The notes under the pieces are model-generated. The model saw only the letters and a program-made list of their open reading frames with translations, was not told where the DNA came from and searched no databases. A stretch of 58,411 bases of DNA from an uncultured virus (IMG/VR IMGVR_UViG_3300047356_001345) (Duplodnaviria > Heunggongvirae > Uroviricota > Caudoviricetes). The translations under genes and the position numbers were made by a program. The first letter of the stretch is position 1, and each line of letters begins with the position of its first letter. The DNA is taken from the IMG/VR virus record IMGVR_UViG_3300047356_001345. One strand, written 5' to 3'. Shown here one piece after another: positions 45,474 through 54,100 of this stretch.

Positions 45474-46384
45474 AATGCTCCTAATCTAATTAATGTTGCT
45501 GCTAAGTTTATTTCTGGATCTACAACTAATGTATGATCCACCAACCCTTGCTTAATAATTAGCACTGCTTGATCCTGTTGTTCGTCTGTTCCGAAAAGTT
45601 CAATATTGTCATAAAGCCAACGATATATTTCCTCCATTTCTTCTGCTCTCACAGTACCACACAACAGTTTTCTAGCATCGTGAATCTTGCCTGCCTTGAA
45701 CAGCTCAACCATATCCAGTTTCCAGTCTGCTTCGCCACTGTCACCTTCGTTAGGTTTTGTAAGCACACCTTCTACACTGTTCATTTGTACTGTGTTGATA
45801 CACTTACGCAAGTCTGGATAAGTTGCTTTTACATAAGTGTCAAGTGTATCCAAGTCTGGAGTCACACCTTCTGTGATAAGAATCTCTGCAACTCTTGCTG
45901 TAAACTCTGTTTGGTCAATCTTAGCAATATGGAAGCCTTGGCATCTACTGTGGATAGCAGGAATAATTCTGTTGGGATAGTTACAAGTTAAAATAAATCT
46001 ACTTGTAGTATGATACTCCTCCATCACACCACGTAATGCCGCTTGTGCGTTTGGCGACAAGTAATCAGCCTCATCAAGTAGTACAACCTTAAAGTCACCA
46101 AAAGGAATCATCTGTACAAACGCAACAATCTTATCACGCACATCATCTACACTATTTGTGCGACTTGCGTTAATCTCAAGTATGTCTAATGGATTAACAT
46201 CTAGCTCATTAAACAACAACTTAGCAAGAGTAGTTTTACCAATTCCAGCATTGCCACTGAACAGCAAATGTGGAATAGTTTTGTCTTTGATCCAAGTCTT
46301 TACTTGATTACGTTGTGCGTCATCTCTAAATACATACCCGTCCACTGTTTTTGGACGATATTTTTCTACCCATAATTCTTTCAT
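45470..46384 (-). CDS. Clamp loader ATPase (RFC small subunit / gp44-like)
   Basis: [24 protein letters not shown] and SRC motifs. Confidence 0.93.
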   Translation of the reverse strand: MKELWVEKYRPKTVDGYVFRDDAQRNQVKTWIKDKTIPHLLFSGNAGIGKTTLAKLLFNELDVNPLDILEINASRTNSVDDVRDKIVAFVQMIPFGDFKVVLLDEADYLSPNAQAALRGVMEEYHTTSRFILTCNYPNRIIPAIHSRCQGFHIAKIDQTEFTARVAEILITEGVTPDLDTLDTYVKATYPDLRKCINTVQMNSVEGVLTKPNEGDSGEADWKLDMVELFKAGKIHDARKLLCGTVRAEEMEEIYRWLYDNIELFGTDEQQDQAVLIIKQGLVDHTLVVDPEINLAATLIRLGAL

Positions 46385-46614
46385 CTTTCGCTTAATGCCT
46401 TTATCATTGCAATTCTTTCGTGTTTTTTAACAAATTCTGTTTCGCCTTCATAACTATGACACTTGGCAAGCGCCTCTTCTACATACCATTTTATACGATA
46501 TAAATCTTTTTTGCAATTAAAAGTTTCATCACCGGTTAGATTTTGATCAGATTCATTTAAGAAAATTCTATCTATATCGTTTTTAATTCCGTGTATGTCC
46601 CAAGTTTTAAGCAT
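46381..46614 (-). CDS. Hypothetical protein
   Basis: 77 aa, translationally coupled. Confidence 0.65.
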   Translation of the reverse strand: MLKTWDIHGIKNDIDRIFLNESDQNLTGDETFNCKKDLYRIKWYVEEALAKCHSYEGETEFVKKHERIAMIKALSER

Positions 46615-46891
46615 TTATTAGTGTACTCCACTTTTTTAATTTATCACGTTTTATATCTGCACGATTTAAAATTTCATACCAATCAAATATACCGTGCTCA
46701 CTCATAAGTTCTAGCATACAAAATACATCGCCTGCTTCCTCTAACAGTTTAGCACGTTGTTGTTCATCGATCAAGTCTAAAGTTTTATACTTGCGCATAA
46801 TCTTACTGCATCGTTGTGTAAGTTCCCCACACTCTTCCATAGTAATTGTCATTAACTGCTGAAGTGTGTTTATTGGACTTTCTTGCATCAC
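46607..46891 (-). CDS. MazG-like NTP pyrophosphohydrolase
   Basis: EECGEL...EEAGD motifs. Confidence 0.78.
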   Translation of the reverse strand: MMQESPINTLQQLMTITMEECGELTQRCSKIMRKYKTLDLIDEQQRAKLLEEAGDVFCMLELMSEHGIFDWYEILNRADIKRDKLKKWSTLINA

Positions 46892-47067
46892 TGTACTGCT
46901 AGTGGTTTGTTGTTTTGCGTATCGTGGTAATCACCAGACTTGTAATAATCACGACTTGCTTCTTCTTTTACCATCATTCCGTCTTTCATACGATATGTAA
47001 TAATCTCTCGTCTGACAACTCCTTCGGTATCTGCGTTGAATGCATTCTTAAATGGACCATCTGTCAT
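46888..47067 (-). CDS. Hypothetical protein (59 aa)
   Basis: Read by hand: MTDGPFKNAFNADTEGVVRREII...; AGGAG RBS; overlaps both neighbours by 4 nt. Confidence 0.65.
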   Translation of the reverse strand: MTDGPFKNAFNADTEGVVRREIITYRMKDGMMVKEEASRDYYKSGDYHDTQNNKPLAVQ

Positions 47068-47288
47068 ATTTTTACTCCTATGTTGTTTAGCATATTTTGT
47101 GCTAGTTTTAAATTTTTAGATTCTTCTTCGCTTATTTCTTGTATTAATAGTTCTTGTAATACAATCGCCATATTGTATTCTTCTTCAGATAATGATTTGA
47201 AAAAATCATATAATTCTTCTACTGTGTCAGCCACCCACATTTTATCTAATATGCGACACTGTTCTTCAGTCAATCCTTCTATGCGCAA
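47064..47288 (-). CDS. Hypothetical protein
   Basis: 74 aa; AAGGAG upstream. Confidence 0.65.
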   Translation of the reverse strand: MRIEGLTEEQCRILDKMWVADTVEELYDFFKSLSEEEYNMAIVLQELLIQEISEEESKNLKLAQNMLNNIGVKI

Positions 47289-47803
47289 AGACCTAACTCC
47301 TTGTAAACCATTTGGACACCTTTTGCCTGGAAGTATGCATCTGCTAGTGCATTATGCAAATCACTTTGCATTGCTTTACGTGGATCTACTTTTGCCATAG
47401 CAAATAATGTTCTGCTATCACGTACTTGCCAAAACTGCCACGGAATGTTTTTTCCACGCTGCCTTAACATATCTTCAAGTATAGTAATATCAAAACCATA
47501 GCCGTGTCCCCATAACACATCAACACCTACCATCCATTTAGGCAAACTATCTAAAAACACATCAACGTGTTCTCTGCCTTCTGTGCCAAATGCTTCGTCT
47601 TGTACTTTTTTATCTTGAGTTGCCCACCAAGCAATTGTATCGTCATTTACACTGCGGTCTTGTGTATCTAAATCCAACTTGTAATAAAACTCACTATGTG
47701 GTTCTGAATCGCCGTAAGGATCGAACTTAACTCCGCCAACTGTTAATACACTTGCACTTGGGGTAACATCAAGTGTTTCAAGATCAATCATTCCGTGAAT
47801 CAT
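47279..47803 (-). CDS. DEDDh 3'-5' exonuclease (DexA-like)
   Basis: IDLET, FDI.IL, RDSRT and HNALAD motifs. Confidence 0.88.
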   Translation of the reverse strand: MIHGMIDLETLDVTPSASVLTVGGVKFDPYGDSEPHSEFYYKLDLDTQDRSVNDDTIAWWATQDKKVQDEAFGTEGREHVDVFLDSLPKWMVGVDVLWGHGYGFDITILEDMLRQRGKNIPWQFWQVRDSRTLFAMAKVDPRKAMQSDLHNALADAYFQAKGVQMVYKELGLCA

Positions 47804-47809
47804 AAAAAT

Positions 47810-47857
47810 ACTCCTACTAGTTTCTTACATTATAGCGTAATAACTAATAGGAGTCAA
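47810..47857 (-). promoter_or_regulatory. Sigma70 promoter TTGACT-N17-TATAAT embedded in an RBS-sequestering hairpin
   Basis: -35 at 47852-47857; -10 at 47829-47834; 13-bp arms at 47810-47822 and 47842-47854. Confidence 0.7.
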
Positions 47858-47862
47858 GTAAA

Positions 47863-48549
47863 TTATTCTCTATTTCCTAATAACATTAATAGGAATTGAA
47901 ATAGATTTACAAAATCTAAGTATAAACTAAGTGCCATTTGCACACCATATTTTTCAGCTACATCCATATTAGGTGCCGAAATATACAAGTTCTTTGCTGT
48001 CTGCGTATCCCAAGCTGTCATACCTACAAAAATAAGCACACCGATAATACTAATTGCAAATGCAAATGCGGAACTTGCTAGAAAAATATTTACAATACTA
48101 GCAATAATAATACCAATCAAGCCTACAATGAGAAAACTACCCATAGTGGTGAGATCACGTTTTGTTGTATATCCGTAGAGACTGGCGGCTGCGAATGTTG
48201 CTGCTGTGATAAAAAATACTTGAGTTATACTCGTCGCTGTATACACCACAAAAATTGTACTCATACTTACACCCATTACTGCTGTAAAAATGTAGTAAAA
48301 ACGTGTAATACCTTGTAAGCTCCAGTTTCGTCCTGCGAAACTATAATATAATATCATTCCTAAAGGAGCAAACATAAACAGCCACATTAAGCTGCCCATA
48401 CTATAAATCATACCTGTTGTAAAAGTTAGGTATGCAATAAAACCACTTACTGCTAATCCTAGTGCAGTGTGATTATACATATTAATCATAAATTTACGCA
48501 AGCCTTCATCGTATGCACGACTTGCAATATTTGCGGTTCTTGATACCAT
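47863..48549 (-). CDS. Bax inhibitor-1 / YccA family membrane protein
   Basis: About 7 TMs; YGYTTKRDL, TAWDTQ and ALSLYLDFVNLF motifs. Confidence 0.92.
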   Translation of the reverse strand: MVSRTANIASRAYDEGLRKFMINMYNHTALGLAVSGFIAYLTFTTGMIYSMGSLMWLFMFAPLGMILYYSFAGRNWSLQGITRFYYIFTAVMGVSMSTIFVVYTATSITQVFFITAATFAAASLYGYTTKRDLTTMGSFLIVGLIGIIIASIVNIFLASSAFAFAISIIGVLIFVGMTAWDTQTAKNLYISAPNMDVAEKYGVQMALSLYLDFVNLFQFLLMLLGNRE

Positions 48550-48911
48550 TATAAGTCTCCTATAAATTTAGCAAGTTGTGGAGCCTTCCATCCTTCCGGC
48601 TTTAGAACTTTGCCATCTTCACGTTTACGTACCTTGCCTGTGTTTGGATCAATCTTAGCAAAGTTTGTGTCCATTACTTCTTTCCAGGCACCTTCGGCGT
48701 CCCAGCCTGCGGCACGAATAGCACCCATAGTAACAACAAGGATATCCACTAGTGCGTCTAGTTGTTCTACCTTATCGTTGTCTATAAGAGCTTCTTCCAG
48801 TTCGTCTGTTTCTTCTCGAATTAAATCAAGATACATTTTATAGTTTGCTTCACTTGCTGGTTGGTCACACGCTGTTCCAAACGTGTCAATATCTTTAAAT
48901 GGATTAGTCAT
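48549..48911 (-). CDS. All-alpha NTP pyrophosphatase (PRA-PH/MazG-like)
   Basis: LIREE..EL, DALVD and KREDGKVLKP..W motifs; start at MTNPF. Confidence 0.85.
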   Translation of the reverse strand: MTNPFKDIDTFGTACDQPASEANYKMYLDLIREETDELEEALIDNDKVEQLDALVDILVVTMGAIRAAGWDAEGAWKEVMDTNFAKIDPNTGKVRKREDGKVLKPEGWKAPQLAKFIGDL

Positions 48912-48912
48912 A

Positions 48913-49290
48913 TTATGCTTTTCCAATACTAGCACCTTGGGGTTGTTCTTTGCTCCAACCCATAATGCTTTCTGCTTCTACCATACGTAGTGTTGATTCA
49001 CCGGTTCCTTCATCGACATCAATTCCACGGGTCCAACGTCCGTGTTCTACAAGGATCCAATCTCCAACTGAATAATTATCCTTGTTTTCAGGACCAACTG
49101 CGTGTACACGACACCAGCGTGGATAAATTCCACGTTGTGTACCATCATCACCTGTAAGTATCAAGCCACCTGTAGTAACTTGTTCTCCAAAATGCATATC
49201 ACTTACAATTACTCTATTTTTTATAGGGCTGAGTTTACCCTTTACTTTTGGTGTAATTTTAAATCCACCACCCATACCGTCTGAGCTCAT
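48913..49290 (-). CDS. groES: GroES-like co-chaperonin
   Basis: P..NRVIV, T.GGLIL, V.AVGP and VGD motifs. Confidence 0.8.
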   Translation of the reverse strand: MSSDGMGGGFKITPKVKGKLSPIKNRVIVSDMHFGEQVTTGGLILTGDDGTQRGIYPRWCRVHAVGPENKDNYSVGDWILVEHGRWTRGIDVDEGTGESTLRMVEAESIMGWSKEQPQGASIGKA

Positions 49291-49730
49291 TAGTTACCTT
49301 TCTTTACAAAATTTCCTTCAGTGTCTTCGATCCAATCATCTTCGACCGAGACTTCTTCGATTACTTCTTCAACAGTTTTTGGTTCTGCCTTCTTTTGGAC
49401 AGGTTTTACCGCCGGCTTTGGTACTGGTTTAGGCGGAACAGGTTCGTCGTCAAATTCAGCTATTTGAGCTGCTTCTGCCGATGTTAAAGATTCCGTCGAT
49501 TTAGTAGGAATTTCGTCGGCAACTGGTCTGCTACCGTCATAATAATCTCTAACAACTTCTTCTCTTTTACGAATAATTTTACCGCCTGCGCCTAGTTCGT
49601 CACCACGGGCATTTACACGAGCATTTCCTACAGCAGGGGTAAGTTCATTTCTTTTGATAAGTTTATCGATATCTACAATTTTACCTTGCATTGATCTGTA
49701 AACTTTTTTTGTCTTTGGTTTCATAGCCAT
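49290..49730 (-). CDS. Hypothetical late protein
   Basis: 146 aa (AVGNARVNARGDELG); AGGAG RBS; CTAAATA at 49753-49759. Confidence 0.7.
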   Translation of the reverse strand: MAMKPKTKKVYRSMQGKIVDIDKLIKRNELTPAVGNARVNARGDELGAGGKIIRKREEVVRDYYDGSRPVADEIPTKSTESLTSAEAAQIAEFDDEPVPPKPVPKPAVKPVQKKAEPKTVEEVIEEVSVEDDWIEDTEGNFVKKGN

Positions 49731-49755
49731 AGGGTTCTCCTAATATAGTATATAT

Positions 49756-50313
49756 TTAGTCACGTAAAAATTCACGCCAGTCTAAATTGTAATTAATGCT
49801 ATTAATACGATGTACGCCAATTAAGTATAATACATAACTTGCTACACTTGATCCACGTCCTACACCCCATATAATATCATTTTCACGCATAAAGTCTACA
49901 AGATAGATCATATAGCGTAGCAAGTCCACCATACCGCGTTCTCTAAACGCTTCAAGTTCCTCTTCTACTCTTTTCCATTCTGGTAATGTCGTAGTGTCAA
50001 TCTTATCTATTTGTAGTTTTTCCATAAGTCGTGATGCTATCCAACTTTCGTATCCAAGTGTTTTGTATTCATCAGGCATAAACCATTCACTTTGACATAC
50101 ACCGTCAAAAGTTTTTTGATCTACATCTAATGGAATATACTTTTGTAATTTGTCAAGACCCTGTTCTTCCATAGCCTTGTTAAACTTGTCTACATCGTCT
50201 GATTCGTCACATAGAACCACGTGGCATTTTTCTACATTGCCACTATAAATCATATCTAACAAATCACGGTTAGAGAATCGTGGAATACCTAATTCATCTG
50301 TTTTCATAAGCAT
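49756..50313 (-). CDS. DNA polymerase III alpha (DnaE) palm N-terminal fragment
   Basis: RVEEEL...Y...LVDF.R...GVGRGSS..S.V.YLIG; stops at REFLRD before the PDxDxD motif. Confidence 0.8.
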   Translation of the reverse strand: MLMKTDELGIPRFSNRDLLDMIYSGNVEKCHVVLCDESDDVDKFNKAMEEQGLDKLQKYIPLDVDQKTFDGVCQSEWFMPDEYKTLGYESWIASRLMEKLQIDKIDTTTLPEWKRVEEELEAFRERGMVDLLRYMIYLVDFMRENDIIWGVGRGSSVASYVLYLIGVHRINSINYNLDWREFLRD

Positions 50314-50319
50314 ATATGT

Positions 50320-50348
50320 ATATTACGATACATTTATCAAATTGTCAA
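50320..50348 (-). promoter_or_regulatory. Sigma70-type promoter TTGACA-N17-TAATAT, possibly giving a leaderless mRNA
   Basis: The -10 ends at 50320 and the ATG is at 50313; no SD is visible. Confidence 0.55.
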
Positions 50349-50547
50349 GATCATTATCCGGACTTTGATCCCTTTTTTTGTTTCTGTTTCTAGTTTCAAT
50401 TTCCATTTGGAATGTGTCTATTAACAAACTAATTTGCGATTGAACTTCAACATTCATTGTTGTAAAATACCTTTTTTGTAAAGTTACAACTTTTTCTTGA
50501 AGTTGTGTGTCCGTAAAATTATTTAAGTCATCAATTAATGGATGCAT
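50323..50547 (-). CDS. Hypothetical protein
   Basis: 74 aa, translationally coupled. Confidence 0.65.
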   Translation of the reverse strand: MHPLIDDLNNFTDTQLQEKVVTLQKRYFTTMNVEVQSQISLLIDTFQMEIETRNRNKKRDQSPDNDLDNLINVS

Positions 50548-51134
50548 TATGTTGTTGTTACAAATTGGCCTTGGTATTCCATATACACATCAACACCATT
50601 GTTGTATGTCCACGCACGTACTGAAATACTTTGATCGGCAGTAGCAGGAACATTAATTGCCCTATTTGTCCACGCACCGTTGTTATCTGTATAAATGTTA
50701 GCTGCTCCTGGGCTTGCAAAGGTTACAGCTTGTGTACCACTACCGTTACCCGAAAAGTGTACAACCATTTCGGCAAAATTGCTTGTTTCTGGCCAATCAT
50801 CAAAAGTTACAGTAATAGTGTTGTTAATATTTACAAGTCTAAAGTAGTGTCCTGATTGAAAACTTAATGTTATTGAAGTATCACCCAAAACATTTGATTC
50901 GACACTCTCTTTTTGACTACTTAATAAATTTACATTTGAAATTGTGTTATTATTAAATGTTGTTGTAACATTAGTTTTGGCAGTATTATCCTGCAAAGTT
51001 GTGATTTCACTATTAGCAGTTGCTAATCCAGTTTTTATAATGTTAAAGTTGTCACGAAATCCTTGGGTGTCGTTATCAACCCCTGCAATTGGATACGTGT
51101 CGTCTATTGTTTGCGATATAATATTACTTGCCAT
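50547..51134 (-). CDS. Virion structural protein (short fibre / baseplate-associated)
   Basis: YP.AG.DND.QGFRDNF, coil and beta domain; late motif upstream. Confidence 0.65.
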   Translation of the reverse strand: MASNIISQTIDDTYPIAGVDNDTQGFRDNFNIIKTGLATANSEITTLQDNTAKTNVTTTFNNNTISNVNLLSSQKESVESNVLGDTSITLSFQSGHYFRLVNINNTITVTFDDWPETSNFAEMVVHFSGNGSGTQAVTFASPGAANIYTDNNGAWTNRAINVPATADQSISVRAWTYNNGVDVYMEYQGQFVTTT

Positions 51135-51152
51135 AAATTCTTTTCCTCTATA

Positions 51153-51159
51153 TATTTAT
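51153..51159 (-). promoter_or_regulatory. Late promoter ATAAATA
   Basis: Intergenic, before an AGAGGA RBS. Confidence 0.6.
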
Positions 51160-51168
51160 GATTAATTA

Positions 51169-54100
51169 CTAACCACTGTTAAAAGAATGACGTGGAAATA
51201 AAATAAATGTTTCTTGATTATTATTTTCTGTTTTATCAACAATATATCTATCAATTTCATAATTTATTTGCTTAAAGTCAAACTTAGCGTTTTCTATATT
51301 TTCTTTAATTGTTTGTGCTCCACCTGGCTTAGTGTAGCATAATGGTAATGCTGTTACATAATCAATTTCTGATAAACTTCCATCTTGTGCAGTACGCATC
51401 CATAATGGTAAAAATTCTCTTTCATTAGCACCAATGGCAGCAATACGTTTACGCATTGTTCCAATATTGCTAAGATATCTAAATCTATCTTTTGACTGAC
51501 TTGTGATTACACTTGTTTGATCAACAGTGACTACATCACCGTTTGGTCTAAAGCGATACGGATCGCCACTTGCATCATTTGATAAACTGGTTGTCTGTAC
51601 TGATACTGTACCATTTCTACCAATAATTGCAATACCCCCGTTTGTAGGTAATGTTAAATCACCTGCTCTTGTTTTAATTAGTAGGCCTGCTTCGTCTCTA
51701 ACTTTTATAATTACCCCGTTTCTAGTGCTGATACTAAAAAATCCTTGACCTTGTGCTTTTGCACTATCGTCATCTCTTGCTTCTTTTTTTACTTGGTTAA
51801 TTTTTAAATCTGTACCTGTGCGTATAGATGCTCGGTCTTGTGTTTCACCGGTTTCTGGTTCGCCAGGGTCAATCACATCTACATATACAACTTCATATAC
51901 AATATCATTTGTTCCGGGTTGTTTAGCAACAGCAGTTTTTAAACTACCAAATGTAAACTTTTTCTTAGTATGATTTAATGTAACCGCAGCAGCAAAACTT
52001 TCAATATTTTTTTGTTCAATTCCTGCATAAGCAAGTGTACGTAAATCTTTTTGTAATCCAAAATTAGTGTCATATGGGCGATAAATTAAACTTGCATCAA
52101 AAATTGTATAATCATTAATAAATTCATTATATAAATTTCTTTGTGCAGTATTTAAAAATGGTTGCATATAAACATTGCTGTATAATTTTGTATCAAGATC
52201 AATAATGGTAATACTAAATGTTCTTGATAATGCACTATAACCAAATCTATCTCTTGCTAAAACTTTGAATGTAAATTTTCTATCAAATGTAGTGCTAGTA
52301 CCGTCAAATGTAGTAGTTCTATCATCTATAGTTGTTAGTCCGGGATCAGCAGTAGTACCGAATTGCTTAACTGTTCCAGTTATTTCGCCATTACGCTTTA
52401 ATTGTAAACCAACAGGTAATTTTCCTGATATTAAATCATATCTTAGATTAGCACCTTCTAAAGTTGTTTCAGCTTGAACATTTAAATAACTTATTCTATT
52501 AGCGCCTAAGGAAGGTAATGTTTCTGGAGTAATCCATCTAATTGTACTATCAACATTACCTAAAACTTTTAGGGTAAATGTTTTACTAGTACTAGTAAAT
52601 TCACTTTGTGTTTCTAAAATTCTTTTGGTAATACTTTTATCTTTAATAGCACCTAATGCAAATTGCGTATCTTTTGCTACATTCACGGTCCAACTATTTG
52701 TAAATAATGCTTTAACAGTATCTTCGTCTACAACACTATAAACTGGAGAACTGTCTTCAGTTTCAAATACACTTTCAAGCAAGTTTCTATTGTTCGTTAG
52801 GGCTGTTTGTGGAATGTTCACAACTATGCTTGTTAAGTCAGTAGCGTCAACAATAATTAAATCTTCATCTATATTTGCAACTTTACTTAAAGCACGTTTT
52901 ACAGATGTTTGAATTGGCTCACCAGGAATAATTGATATTCCTGTTCCTGTAAAATTAATTCCTAAACTTTGATTACTTTCGCCTACGAATCTATAATTAT
53001 TTACAAAATTAATTTCTTTAACAAAATTAGCTGTGGTGCCATAATTTATGTTTCTTGATACCCATTGTGCTATTTCTGTTTCAGTTAAATTATTTCTGTA
53101 AAATAAAGCAATACTATCGCCAATAGTTATATTAGTGCTTAATGTTAGTGGCTTTAGAAAAGGACTCGGTAGTAATGGAAAACCTAATTGTAAAGTATCG
53201 TATAAAAGATTATCTTCATTTATTTGTTCAATAAGGTAATCATTATTTTCAATCGTAACTTGTGTCTTTTTAAGTGCTTCTACATCATCAACTCCATCAT
53301 CTAAACTTCTAGAAATTTTGTTAACTTTTACTGTAGTCATACCTGCAAGTGTGTCTTCAAAAATATTTGTGTTTATTTCAAATACTTCTTGATCAGCTTC
53401 ACTTCTTGTTGCCTCAATTGTAAATTTGTAATCTACTTCTACCGCAGGCTGATAAGGAATTATTCCTGCTAGTTCTCCAGTATCAGTATCAAAATCCAAT
53501 CCATTTGGAATTATACTTCTCGACCCGTCATCGTTGTATTCACGAATGTTATATTTTACATTGCCTAACAAATAGTTTGGATCGTATACATCAATAAAAA
53601 TTGTTTGATAATTATCTGCTCTGATACTACCTAAGTTACCTCTAGTTAACCAAATAGGTTTTCTTAGATATGTTACATCTGCTGTAAACAACCCTGTAGC
53701 AGATCTCATTATAGTGTTATCTGCTCTTAGGAAATCGTCACTTACAACGTAAATAGCAAAACGCCTTCTGTTATCACTTACATCATCTGCTACAGTAACA
53801 AAGAATTCATATTCTCTATTTAATTTTCTTGGATTTCTACTAGGCAATCCGAATCCATAAAACTGTGCATCATACGGATCACTATCAAAACCTTCAGTAT
53901 CAGTAACACCTTGTTGTTGTCTAGTACTATCCCCATAAGGATCATAATTGTCTGAATCTAATGCTAAAATAGGATCTACTATACCTTTAATGTTACCTTC
54001 TTTTGACAAAGTCAATCCAGGAGGCAATTCTCCGTCGCCCTCTGCAATATAAAATGTTAAAGTTTCTCCAGCTGTTAAATCTGGATCAATAACTTCTAGA

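Noticed and set aside
49756..50313. dnaE pseudogene or split-intein half
   Set aside because: No downstream remnant or intein motif was seen and it has its own promoter, so it is kept as a functional-fragment hypothesis.
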